Shown here: in pieces, positions 1-13,679 of the stretch
Layout: the number at the start of each line of letters is the position of its first letter
Numbering within the stretch: the stretch's first letter is position 1
Source of the DNA: the human T2T-CHM13v2.0 reference genome, Homo sapiens
NCBI RefSeq assembly: GCF_009914755.1
Contig: NC_060931.1
Reading direction: 5' to 3' (one strand)
Length of the DNA: 64,000 nucleotides
Made by a program: the position numbers and the translations under genes
The notes under the pieces: generated by a model
Told to the model about the DNA's origin: nothing
What the model saw: the letters and a program-made list of their open reading frames with translations, nothing else
Database searches by the model: none

Positions 1-191
1 AGCAGCCTCTGGTCTGCCATATTAACTCTATTTTGCTCAAAAAAGTAAGGTGCTCAAAAATAACAGAAACTCATTGATACACCAGATGGCTAAATCTGGT
101 ACAATTTGAGCTACAGAAATTATTATAGTAATGGATTATAATTCACTGAATAATAAAATTGCATGAGTGCCTGCCAACATAAATACATAAG

Positions 192-986
192 TATAGTGAA
201 TTCTTTTAATTTTGTGTTGCCTTGGCATCCATTTTGAATATAGTTTAACTCTCTCATAACTGAAGCAGAGCTCAGTTGCTCTTGCCATGGTTTCCAATTT
301 TACACCACATCCAAATGGCTCAAACTGGTGGTTAGAGATAAGAACTTAGTGGCATTTCTCCTGCCTAGCAGACCGGGCTCCTGCATTCCCACTGCTTCTT
401 TAAACAGACTCTTCAGGCATTTACCCACAAACCTAAAGCGACCTACAGATTATTCATTTCTATATACTGCTAGTTGCTATGCCCTCTTCTCTCTCCTCCT
501 GGCTCTTCATGCCTGCCTCGTGTGACCTGGGGATGGAAAAGTGCCCACCCAACTCACTGTACCCTCCTTGCTCAGAATCTGTAAGTAAAAATCTTTGAAC
601 TTATTTTCTATTGTGATAGTGTATTGAATTTGTGCCTTTTATCTCAAGAATCAGGAGCTACTGCAGGCTGGGTTTTCTACAGAAGATGGAAAAACACAAA
701 ATCAGGTTCCCAGTGCCAGAGTGATGACTGGGAGACATAAACTGAACACTGGTCAGAAAAGAGCCACAGAGCATCTGCCAGTATAAATAAGTTTCCCATA
801 TGAGGGACCCCCTGGTTGTGGGTCAGACAAGTAGGTGTTAGGCCATTCGCCAGGTAAAAGAAGTAAGTGTCTGGTGAAAGGCACGCAGTAAACACTCACA
901 TCCCGTTTCCTTTCATTTCCTTTTGGGGAAAAGTTGCTGGCCAAGCTGGTACTGGAACCTCAGTTTAGCTGGGGGCTCTCAAAACA
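192..986 (+). mobile_element. Solo ERV1-type LTR (MER49-like)
   Basis: Begins t(a)tagtgaattctt..ttgccttggcatccattttgaata, ends tttagctgggggctctcaaaaca; flanks ataag/gtaag resemble a short TSD. Confidence 0.7.
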
Positions 987-1357
987 GTAAGGAAGACAGA
1001 AAACTGTATCTTATGGTAAACTCCCAACTAATAAATATAATGAAAATGGAAAAATTACTATTAGTAACACCACAGTAATAATTGATCCAAACAAGAAGCA
1101 TAAATGGAAGTCAAAATTAGCAGGCAAAGGCATGTGAGAAACAGGATATTTATATGGTTTAATGGTCCACAATAGACTTCTCAATTAGAAGAAACCTAGC
1201 AGACACCATTTTAACCAAGTAATCAGTTATCGTCATTAGCAATGGGAGAAGCCAACACCATGTACCTTTTAAGTGATGCACTGAGAAGGAAGCATCACTT
1301 TTGGGATATTCCTGCCAAAAACGTATAACCCAAATTCATTACTCAGAAAACATCAGG

Positions 1358-1519
1358 GGCTGGGTATGGTGGTGTGTGCTGTGGTTCCAGCTATTATGGA
1401 GGCTGAGGAGGGAGGATCTCTTGAGCCCAGGAGTTCGGGATTACAGTGAGTTACAATTGCACTACTGCACTCCAGCCGGAGAGTGAGACCCTGTCTCCAA
1501 AAAAAGCAAAGCAAATCAA
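1358..1519 (+). mobile_element. Free Alu monomer (FRAM/FAM-like)
   Basis: Single right-arm-like monomer with A-rich tail; perfect 12-bp TSD agaaaacatcag at 1345-1356 and 1520-1531. Confidence 0.9.
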
Positions 1520-3549
1520 AGAAAACATCAGAAAAATTCAAATTGAGTGACATTAAAAACAAAATGAGATCAGTACTTTTCAAAAGTTTCAAGATCATGA
1601 AAGAGCAAGACTAAGGAACCAACTTGCTCTAGTTAAAGGAAGCTAAAAACACATGACTTCAAAATGCATCATGCTTTACAGTAGAAAATCAGGAAAATTT
1701 AAATGACTTCTACATGAAGAAAATTTAAATAATGTCTGTAGATTGTATAATAGTATTATATTTATCATAGTTTCTTGATTTTGATAACTGTATGATGTTA
1801 CATAAGATGCTAACACCTGGGAAACTGGGCAAAGTGAGTATATAATATGTTGTATTTTTACAACATAGTTGTAAATATAAAATTATTAAAAATTGAAAAG
1901 TGAGAAGATAAAAATAATTAATATAACATCAATTAAAGGTATCTGTATGACATTAAGAAATCTTTAATATTAAATATATTGATTTTTGAAATTATTACAT
2001 TGTGCTAAAATTTATGAGTTTCATTTTATCATATTCTCGTAACTGTAAATAATGTAATGTAGAAGTTTTTTGTTTCAAGCACTGCAAAAGTAAAAGTAAA
2101 TTTTTGAAATATGTTTTCAGTTAGTTAACAAGTTGAGGATAAAGAATACAATCATAAAGAACCTGAGGAATTTGGTAAGTTTTGGAAAAAAAAAAGTTTT
2201 TGTTTTTCAAAAATGCCCGGGAAAATTCAACATATTCTGTGTCTATAAATAAACGTTTCAAAGTAGGGGTCTTCTTTTGTACAGAAAAAAATATTTTATA
2301 AAACCTTTTAATGGCAGTCCAAACAACTCTATTTAGGCTGTTTCAGAGGCTGTTTTCAATTGAACATAGTTCTTCAAATTGTCTCAATTCAAAAAGAAAT
2401 TGCAGTTAAAATGAGCCAATTTAGCTCAGACAGACATTGTTTTCAACCCTAGACGTGTGGTTAAAGTTGCTGATTTTAACAGTACATTGCCAAATTCATG
2501 CAATAACTCAGTTACTGCAAGCTACTTAAACACCAAAGTAGATATATTTGCTGAGATAACACCTTTGAAAAATCTATCAAACAAAAAAATGTTTTTCATT
2601 TTGTATGAGATTTGGATGCCATAATATGCAGTTATCTGGGACTTTTTTTTTGGATTATCAGGTATAACGTTGTTTGAATAGCTCTGCCTCTCACTGGAAT
2701 TAATAAGCTCTGTCTTGACTTCTTTTCTGTAGCATGGATTTATTTTCAGTGCACTGTAACTAGCACCTAATAGCTTCTGTATCTTCTGCTTTTTTCTTTA
2801 ATTTTAGAAACGTTACAGGTGAACATTAGAAATTTAACAAATAGTGGCTTTATTTATTTCAATTAAATCAGTCTTCTACATACCTGCAGTCATCTTAAAG
2901 GGGAATATCTGCTGATACTTTCTCTCCTCCTTTGTACCTCAATCATTAACTGCTTTAAGCTTTTCCATGTTTGAATTTTAGAGTTGAAATTGTGTTTTTA
3001 ATTTATGACCTCACTCTCTCCTGCCCTTTGAATGAGACACTTCCACGTAATCTGTCTTTGCTCTTTTGTTCCCCATGAAGGACTCTGGCTGGGATTCATT
3101 TCATTAGCTATTTCAGGATTTCTTTAGATTGCATATATGCAGTGTCAAACTAGCTCCCTGCAATCCAAATTGGTCTACCTAAGCCACAATGAGGGGAAGA
3201 ATATTCTGACAAGTGCATTATAGGACCACCTAAATGGGATTTTCTACAGCATAAATATTAAACTGGAAAAAAATAGATCTTTATTAGTATTGTGGACCTC
3301 TTTAACTAGAACAGCCTTAGATTGTACAACCAATTTAAAGGGATGTACTCAGTACTGCTTTATCAGCTCTTATAAAGCCAGAAGCTCTTTAAAAACTAAG
3401 GAATTGCAAGGCAGGAGGTATAAGGCTCAAAATTCCAAGTTTAAAATTCTCCCAGCTGGATTTTTTGAGGTAAAAAGTGTCATTGCTGTCATAATACAAT
3501 GTCAGCCCAAGCCTATCTTCAGGATCTTAACCCTGCCTTTGTGCTTTAG

Positions 3550-4650
3550 GAGGGTTGTACCATGACCTTCATTTCAGAACCGATGAACTGCTCTAGGGAA
3601 TCTTTATCCCGTTTAATGTTGTCTCTAGATCACCAAATCCATATCCCTGAGACACCTAAGGGCTGATGAAGGAGCCATAAGATATGAACCAGATTAAAAA
3701 CTCATACATTCTGGTACCAGAAACTACAGTTGAGATATTCATAGTGTAAAAGAAAAATAGCACTGATGCTTTTCAAAAATGGCAAGATGATTTTATTTAA
3801 GACTATTGAAAAAGGGGTCAAAACTATTGCAATAGAGAAAAAGTCTGCTAAAAAAAAAAGACAGGAGACTTTTAAGCACTGGAGTGTAGTGAGAAAGCAC
3901 TGGAGGACATAGGAGGAAGTTGGTCATGTGATTAGGTCATTTATGTTTGTCAGTCGGTGCTTATTGAAGTTAAGCTCCTACCACCTCCCACAGAGTCTGG
4001 GGGATAGGAGTGCTAATTTTTTTCCTTTAATTATTACCTTTCTGGGAGAAGATTTACATCTTAAAGATACAGAGAAAAAATTTACAATGGTAAGTTTCCT
4101 AAAGTAAATTTTCTAGGGAAAAGGAGGTCAGAAACAAACCTGTCTAAAATTAAGACAAGCTGAGGGGATTGTTAAAGCTCTTTTCATCAACAACATAGGA
4201 GAGTCTCTAACGAACCATGAAAGCATCCAGGAGAGAATAAATTTTAAATCCTTGCCAGGCACAGAGAGTGAGAAGACAGTACCAAGTACTAGTCAATTAA
4301 GAACTTCCTACCCCCTTTCTTCTCCCTCTCTTTACCTAAACACTCAGGTTTCAAAAATTTAAGAAGAGAGAGGAAAAGGGAAAAGAAAAGGAGGAAGAAG
4401 AAAGAAGAAATGTTCTATACTGCCTTCCTGACTACAGTTTTCTACAGACTCCAGCTGTGGAAAAAAAGGAAAAGGCTTAATGTTTAATCAAGGTGGCGAT
4501 CATATGGAACTGAACATTTTTAAATAGTTGATGGGAGTTTTGCGTTTTGTCAGAATGAACAGGAAAATCAAGGGACCTCTGGAGAGTTTCTGTCCAGAGG
4601 CAGAGTGATCAATAGTATAGTGGGAGACTAAATAAATGTTCTTTATTAAT
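3550..4650 (+). mobile_element. Ancient LTR remnant (MamGypLTR-like), interrupted by a MER31-like LTR
   Basis: Degenerate similarity to recalled MamGyp LTR layout; shares ttaatcaag..acattt..cagaatga..gagttt blocks with the element near 59.5-60.0 kb. Confidence 0.35.
3745..4193 (-). mobile_element. Solo ERV1 LTR (MER31-like)
   Basis: Minus strand reads cccctcagcttgtcttaattttagacaggttt..tttactttaggaaactt..gtaggagcttaacttcaataagcacc; catag at both flanks (3740-3744, 4194-4198). Confidence 0.75.
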
Positions 4651-4869
4651 TAATTCATCACATTAGTTAGAGTGTAATTATAGAATTATAAACTCAGTGT
4701 ACATGTGGGTAAATAAAAACAAATATTGACTGAGACAGTGTCCATTTTGAGGAGTTTCAGATAGAACTACAATACTGGACAATGAAAGCACGTCAGATAG
4801 AAGGAGGATAATTGTGTTCAAGAGTACCTATGTCTTTGTTTCTTCAGGAACAGGACAGAAATGTTGATA

Positions 4870-5124
4870 GAAAAAAGCAAGCATTTTAAACAAAACACCA
4901 GAAACACAAATTGTTAGTAAAAAGATTGATAAACACAATTACTTAAAAAATTTGAAATTCAGTCCTCAAAAGTCACCATGAAAAATGAGAAAAGACAAGC
5001 AATAGAGTAGAAAAGATATTTGTAATACAAATATCAATAAAGTATTGAACTTAGAATATATAAAGAACTTCTACAACTCAAATAACAAAGGAATAAATGA
5101 TTTAATAGAGAAAAGGGGCAAAAA
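4870..5124 (+). mobile_element. Very old L1 (L1ME-like) ORF2 3' fragment; further pieces at ~5410-5540, 8205-8470 and 13450-13640
   Basis: gaaaagacaagcaatagagtagaaaagatatttgtaata..agaatatataaagaacttctacaactcaa; downstream piece aataccaaattcaggatagtggtt. Confidence 0.6.
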
Positions 5125-5410
5125 CAGACACAAAAATATGTGATCTCATATATGAAATCCAAAAAAGTTAAGCTCATAGAAACAGAGAATAGAATGGTGG
5201 TTACCAGAGGATGGGGTATGGGGTGGGGACGGTGGGGAGATGTTTGTCAAATGATACAAAATTTTAGTTAGAAAAAATACGTTGAGGTCTATTGTACAAC
5301 ATGTTGACTATAGTTAAGAACAATGTATTATATTCTTGAAAATTGCAAAGAGTAAATTTTAAGTGTTCTTACCACAAAAAAGGATGAGGATGTGAAATAA
5401 TGCATATGGT
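5125..5410 (+). mobile_element. L1MA-type 3' UTR fragment
   Basis: ctcatagaaacagagaatagaatggtggttaccagagg..tctattgtacaacatgttgactatagttaa; no poly(A) tail visible. Confidence 0.8.
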
Positions 5411-5559
5411 TACATGCTGTAATTAACATTCTTACTATTAGTGAAATTAGCATAAATACTTTAAGAAATAATTTGGTAAAATTTAATAAAATTATACATG
5501 TGCTTATCTATATCAGGTTTTATTACAATCACGCTCTTAAACAAGCAATCCTGTAACAA

Positions 5560-5918
5560 CAGATGCAGTCAGTAGTCTGTCCACATAGCCTCTTGGATTT
5601 TCTTACCATTTCTGTGCCTCCCAGCTGTACACCTGACTTCTGACAACCACCACATGCATCTTTGTTAGAGAGTTGCCCTTATGCTTCCAAAACCCACTTT
5701 ATCCAAATCCACCGTGAGCCAGAAGTGTTTAGGAATTAATATCTATCCACAGGCTCCTGTTACCCAATAATTTGACAACTATGAGATTAAACATACCTTA
5801 TGTCTATCTTCCCTTGACTGGGAAAATTCTGATGTATGTGTTTTCTATTCTTTCTCAAGAGCTTCACTATGGGGTAAGCTGTAGTTATGTACAGTGAAAA
5901 CTGGTTAAATAATGTATC
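5560..5918 (+). mobile_element. ERVL LTR16-family LTR, 3' truncated
   Basis: gccagaagtgtttaggaattaa, gggaaaattctgatgtatgtgttttcta, agctgtagtt..cagtgaaaactgg match the LTR16C pattern. Confidence 0.65.
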
Positions 5919-5919
5919 G

Positions 5920-7224
5920 GTTCCTGTACAATTTGCATCCCCTTAATTTTCTTCTTTTGTCTGATTGCTCTGGCTAGGACTTCTAGTACTATGCTGAATA
6001 AAAGTGGTGAAAGTGGAATTATCCTTGTTTGTAGATAATATGACATTATCGTTAGAAAAACCTAAAGACTCCAAAAAAAAACCCACTATTAGAAATGATA
6101 AATTCAGTGAAGTTGAAGAGAAACCAAGAAAATAATCCCATTTACTAGAAATAAAATAAAATACCTAGGAATAAATTTAACAAAAGAAGTGAAAACTCTC
6201 TATAATGAAAACTATAAAACATTAATAAAAGGAATTGAAGAGGACACCCAAAAATGGAAAGAAATTCCATGTTCACAGATTAAAATAATTAATATTGTTA
6301 AAATGTCTGTAATCCCCAATCTACAGATTCAATGCATTCCCTATGAAAATGGCATTTTTTAAGAAATAGGAAAAGTAATTCTAAAATTTTTATGTAACCA
6401 CAAAAGACCCAGAATAGCCAAAGTAATCCTGAGCAAAAAGAACCCAGCTTGAGAGATCACATTACCTGACTTTAAATTATATTACAAAGCTATAGTAACC
6501 AAACCAGCATGGTACTGGCATTAAAAACAGACACACACAGACCAAGAGAACAAGACAACCCAGAAAAAAACCACATATTTACAGTGAACTCATTTTTGAC
6601 AAAGGTACCAAGAGCATACACTGGGGAAAGAACAGTCTCTTCAATAAATGATGGTGGAAAAACTGGATATTCATATGAAGAAGAATGAAACTGGACCCCT
6701 ATCTCTCACAATTAATAAAAATAAAAAAATGAATTAAAGACTTAAATCTAAAATCTACTAGAAAAAAAACACTGGGGAAATGCTCACATTGATCTGGGCA
6801 AAAAATTCTTGAATAAGACCACAAAAGAACAGACCACCAAAGCAAAAATGGACAAATGGGATCACATCAGGTTAAAAAGCTTCAGCACAGCAAAAGAAAC
6901 AGTGAAAAAAGTGAAGAGACAATCCACATAATGGGAGAAAATATTTACAAATTATCCATCTGACAAGGGATTAATATCAATAATATAGGAAAAGCTCAAA
7001 CAACTCAACAACAACAAAACAAATAATTTGATTAAAAACTGGGCAAAAAATCTGAATAGGTATTCCTCAAAAGAAGACATGCAATTGATTGATAAGTATA
7101 TGAAAAATTCTCAATATCACTAGGCATCAGAGAAATGCAAATCAAAACTGCAATGAGATATTATCTCACCCCCATTATAATGGCTTTTATCAAAAAGAGA
7201 CGCAATAATGGATGCTGGTGAGAA

Positions 7225-7228
<4 letters not shown>
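5920..7228 (+). mobile_element. 5'-inverted L1 (L1MA/L1PB age) ORF2 fragment; 5920-6017 inverted, 6018-7228 sense
   Basis: Inverted part encodes [20 protein letters not shown]; sense part starts LSLFVDNM (FADD motif remnant) and continues through ORF2. Confidence 0.85.
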
Positions 7229-8200
<972 letters not shown>

Positions 8201-9471
8201 TGCTCTACCAGCACTATTTTTAATATTTTAAAAAGTAACAAATATCTGCCAAGAGAAGAATGAATACATGAATTTTGTAGGGTTACACTGAGAATAAATG
8301 AAACAGAATGACATATTAATGTTGATAAATCACACATGAACAGTGTTGAACAACAACAAAACAATAGAAGAGACTATGTAAACTATAACACCATTTATGT
8401 AAGATTTGAAAATATGTGGACAATACCATGCTTCCTAGTGATTCATACGTGCAAAATAAAAGTATAAAGACAGGTACAGACTATGCATTTATGGTCAATT
8501 GACCTTTGACAAAAGCGTCAAGAACACACAGCAGTTAAAGGATGGTCTCTCAGTAAATGGTGTTGGGAAAACTGGATATCCACATGGAGAAGAATGAAAC
8601 TGGATCCTTATCTCACTCCATGTATAAAAATTAGCTCAAAATCTATTAAAGACTTCATAAGACAGGAACTTGTAAAATTATTAGGAAAAAAATAAGGAAA
8701 ATGTCTTTTGAAATTGACCTGGGCAATGATTTTTTGGATAAGACCCCTAAATTATAGGCAACAAAAACAAAAACAGACAAAGGGTGTTGCATCAAATTAA
8801 GAAGTTGCTGTATAGCAAAAGAAGCAATCAGCAGAGGAAAGAGACAACTTACAGGATAGGATAAAATATTTTCAAATCATATATCCAATAAGGGGTTCAT
8901 ATCCAAAATATACATGGAATGCAAACAATAACAAGAAAACAAATGACTTCATTAAAAAATGGGCACTGCATTCGAATAGACATTTCTCAAAAGAAGACAC
9001 AGCTGGCCAACATGCATATAAAATATGTTTAATATCAATCATAAGAGAAATGCAAATCAAAACTACAATGAGATAGGACTTCACACTGCTAGAATGGCTA
9101 TTATCAAAATGACAAAAAATAAAAGTGTTGGCAGGAATGTGGAAAAAAATGAACCCTTATACATTGTTGGTGGGAATTTCAATTAGTACAGCCAGTATAG
9201 AAAATATTATGGAGGTTTCTCAAAAAAAATTAAATATAACTACCATATAATCCAGCAACCCCACTCCTGGGTAAATATTGAATGGAATTGAAAGCAACAT
9301 GCTGAAGAGATATTCCACTCCCATGTTCATTGCAACATTATTCATGATAGCCAAGATATGGAATCAACCTAAGTGTCCCTGAAAGGGTTATGGAAAAATA
9401 ATATTTGGTACAATCATGTGCCACATGACAATGTTTCAGTCAATAATGGACTGCATATAGGGCAGTGATCC

Positions 9472-11770
9472 TGATATGATTAGGCTTTGTGTTCCTACCC
9501 AAATCTCAGCTTGAGTTGTAATCCTCATAATCCCCATAATCCCTATGTGTCAAGGGAGAGACTAGGTGGAGGTAATTGAATCATGGAGATGGTTTCCCCA
9601 TGCTGTTCTTATGATAGTGAGTGAGTTTTCATGAGATCTGATGGTTTTATAAAGAGCTCTTTCCCCCTTCACTCAGCCCTTCTTCTTCCTGTCACCTTGA
9701 GAAGAAGGTGCCTTGCTTTCCCTTCACCTTCTACAATGATTGTAAGTTGCCTGAGGCCTCCCCAGCCATGCTGAACTGTGAGTCAACTAAACCTCTTTCT
9801 TTTTTAAATTATCCAGTCTCAGGCAGTTCTTTATAGCAGAATGAAAATGAGCTAATAAAGTAAATTGGTACTGCAGAGAATGGGATGCTGCTATGAAGAT
9901 ACCTGAAAATGTTGAAGTGACTTTTGAACTTGGTAAAAGGCAAATGTTGGAACAGCTTGGAGGGCTCAGAAGACAGAAAGATGTGGGAAAGTATGGAACT
10001 TCCTAGAGACTTGTTGAATGGCTTTGACCAAAATGCTGATATGATATGGACAACGAAGTCCAGGCTGAGGTGGTCTCAGATGAAGATGAGGGACTCATTG
10101 GGAAATGGAATAAAGTTGATTCTTGCTATGCTTTAACAAAGCAACTGGTGGAATTTTGCCCCTGCCCTAGAGATCTGTGGAACCTGGAACATGAGAGAGA
10201 TAATTTAGGGTATCTGGTAGAAGAAATTTCTAAGCAGCAAAGGGTTCAAGAGATGATGTGGGTGCTCTTAAAAGCATTCAGTTTTATACATTTGCAAAGG
10301 GATGGTTTGGAAATGGAACTATGTTTAAAAGGGAAGCAGAGAATAAAAGTTCAGAAAATTTGCAGCCTGATGAAGCAATAGAAAAACCCATTTTCTGAGG
10401 AGAAATTCAAGCCAGCTTCAGAAATTTGCATAAGTAACAAGGAACCAAATGTTAAGCCAAGACAATAGGGAAAATGTCTCCAGGGCACTTCAGAGGTCTT
10501 CAGGGAAGACCCTTCTATCGCAGGCCCAGAGGCCTAGAAGGAAAAAGTGGTTTCATGGGCTGGGCCCTGAGACTTGCTGCTTTGTGCAGTCTCAGAACTT
10601 GGTGTTCTTGTGTCCCAGCCATGGCAAAAAGGGCCCAACATATAGCTTAGGTCTTTGCTTCAGAGGGTGTAAGCCCCAAGCCTTGACAGCTTCCATGTGG
10701 TGTTCAACCTGTGAGTGCAGAGAAGTAAAGAATTGAGGTTTGGGAACCTCCACCTAGATTTCAGAAGATGTATGGAAATGTCTGGATGTCCAGGCAGAAG
10801 TTTGTTCAGGGGTGGACCCCCTCATGGAGAACCTCTGCTAGGGCAGTGCAGAAGGGAAATAGGAAGCTGGAGCCCCCACACAGTGGCTCCAATGGCACTG
10901 CCTAGTGGAGTTGTGAGAAGAGGGCCACTCTCCTCCAGACCCCAGAATGGTAGATCAACAGACGGCTTGCACCATATGCCTGGCAAAACCACAGACACTC
11001 GATGCCTGCCCATGAAAGCAGCTGGGATGGGGGGCTGTACTCTGCAAAGCCACAGGGGTGGAGCTGTGCAAGGCCATGGGAGCCAACCTCTTGCATCAGC
11101 GTTACCTGGATGTGAGACATGGAGTTAAAGGAGATCATTTAAGAACTTTAAGATTTGACTGCTCTACTGGATTTCAGACTTGCCTGGAGCCCTTCATTTT
11201 GGCCAGTTTCCCCCATTTGGAATGGGTGTATTTACCCACTGCCTGTACCCCCACTGTAACTAAACTAAAAAGTAACAAACTTGCTTTTGGTTTTACAGGC
11301 TCATAGATGGAAGGAACTTGCCTTGTCTCAGATGAGACTTTGGACTTGGACTTTTGGGTTAATGCTGGAATGAATTAAAACTTTGGAGAACTGTTGGGAA
11401 GGCATGATTGGTTTTGAAATATGAAAGGGACATAAGATCTATGAGGGGCCATGGGCATGATGATATTGTAGGCTTTGTGGTGGTTTCCCCCATGCTGTTC
11501 CCATGATAGTGAGTGAGTTCTCATGACATCTGATGGTTTTATAAAGGGCTCTTTCTCCCTTCACTTAGCATTTCTCCCTCCTGCTGCCTTGTGAAGAAGG
11601 TGCCTTGCTTCCCCTTCTCCTTCTGCCATGATTGTTAGTTTCCTGAGGCCACCCTAGCCATAATTTCCAACTTTGGAAACTTTGGAACTTTGAGTGAATT
11701 AAACCTCTTTCCTTTAAAATTATGCAGTCTCAGACAGTTCTTTATAGCAGTATAAAAATGAACTAATACA
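9472..11770 (+). mobile_element. Complete THE1 (THE1C-like) MaLR element: 5' LTR 9472-9859, internal ~9860-11460, 3' LTR 11461-11770
   Basis: Two homologous LTRs (tgatat..ctaata[c/a]a); frameshifted internal ORF remnant (MDNEVQAEVVSDEDE..CPCPRDLWN); 5-bp TSD gatcc/ggtcc. Confidence 0.95.
9573..9583 (+). promoter_or_regulatory. DUX4-type double-homeodomain motif TAATTGAATCA in the THE1 5' LTR
   Basis: Match to TAAYYBAATCA about 65 bp upstream of the LTR TATA-like ttttataaa; occupancy cannot be seen from sequence. Confidence 0.5.
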
Positions 11771-13134
11771 GGTCCCATAAGATTACAGTGGAGCTGAAAA
11801 ATTCCTATTGCCTAGAGACATTATAGTCATTGTAATTTCATAGCATAATGCATTACTCATATTTATGGTAATGCTGTTGTAAACAAACCCACTGCATTGC
11901 CAGTCATATAAAAGTATAGCATGAACAATTATGTACAGTACCTAATACTTGATAATGATAATAAACTATGTTATGGATTTCTATAATGACTATACTATAC
12001 TTTATACTGTTATTTTAGACTGTACTTTTACTTATTAAAAAAAGTTAACTCTTAAACAACCTCAGCAGGTTTTCCAGCAGGTATTCCAGGAGAAGGCATT
12101 GTAATCATAGGAGGTGATAACTCTATGGTTGTTATTGTCCCTGAAGACATTCCAGTGAAACAAGATGTGGAGTATCATCAGTGATACTGATGATCCTGAC
12201 TCTGTGTAGGCCTAGGTTATGGTATATATTTTTCTTAGTTTTTAATAAAAAAGTTTAGAAAGTAAAAACAAAGAAATTTCAATTTAAAAACAGAAGAAAA
12301 CCTTATAGAATAAGGATGTGAAGAAAGAAAATATTTTAATACAGTTGTTTTATTAAGCTGCTTAACATTTAAGCTGTATAATAATGTGTTTGTGTTTTAA
12401 GCTAGTTGTTATTCCAAAAAAATCTAAAAGCTAAAAAAAAGTTGATAATGTAAAAAAGCTACAAAAGCTAAGTTTTATTTTAGATGCACAAATACTTACC
12501 ATTGTGTTACAATTACCTACAGTATTTAGTACAATAACCTGCTGTACATGTTTGAAGCCTAGGAGCACCAGCTATACCTTATAGCCTAGGTATGGAGTAG
12601 GTTATCCCATCTAGGTTTGTGTAAGTACATTCTATGATGGTCACAAGAACAAAATTTCATGATGATATGTTTTTCAGACTGTAACTCTGTTGTTAAGTGA
12701 TGCATGACTGTATTGCATTATCTTACTTATATGTGGAATTTTTTGAAAAGACAAATTCTTTGAAGCAGAGAGTAGAACAGTGGAAAGCAGGGGCTGGGGG
12801 TAAGGGAAATGGAAGTATGTTGGTTAAAGGGTATACAGTTCAGTTTTTCAAGATGAATGAGTTCTGGAAATCTAATAATATACAGCAATGTGACTATAGT
12901 TAATCATACTGCATTTGTATACTTGAAATTTGCTAAGACAGTAGATCTTAAAGTTCTCATTATAAAAAAAAATGTTAACTGTGAGGGGATGGATGCTAGT
13001 GAATTGTAAGAATCATTTTATAATGTATACATGTACCAAAACATCACATTGTACACTGTAATTGTATAATATTTATATTGCCAATTACACCTCAATAAAG
13101 ATGAGAAAAAAGTCAGTTGAAAAAAATAAATGTG

Positions 13135-13497
<363 letters not shown>

Positions 13498-13679
13498 TCA
13501 TGGTTGAGGAGAATTTGTATTATATTAGGGAGGAGTGCCCAGGACACATCAAATATATAGAAAATGTTTTATTTCTAAATGTGAGTTTCTTTATTTTTTA
13601 TATTTCTCCTTATTTTAAATATTTGAGAAAAAATTATAAACATTCAATAAAAACATAACAGATTAAAAAATCTAGATCC

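Larger units (their letters stand above)
40..1900 (+). mobile_element. Old L1 3' UTR (L1MC4/L1MC5-like), split by an LTR and an Alu monomer
   Basis: Blocks aaagtaaggtgctcaaaaa, acaatttgagc, aacaccacagtaataattg, gaaacctagcagacaccat, ttcttgattttgataactgta continue collinearly across both insertions. Confidence 0.65.
9411..12710 (+). mobile_element. Tigger3b-like DNA transposon (TcMar), interrupted by THE1
   Basis: Termini caatcatgtgccacat / gtgatgcatgactg with TA on both sides (9409-9410, 12711-12712); internal ggagctgaaaaattcctat. Confidence 0.9.
8478..13112 (+). mobile_element. L1MA8/9-like 3' portion (8478-9410 and 12711-13112), split by Tigger3
   Basis: ORF2 C-terminal region, then 3' UTR ending caattacacctcaataaagatgagaaaaa. 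Confidence 0.85.

Noticed and set aside
9924-11306. Chain of overlapping plus-strand ORFs as a novel gene
   Set aside because: Frameshifted remnants of the single THE1 internal ORF
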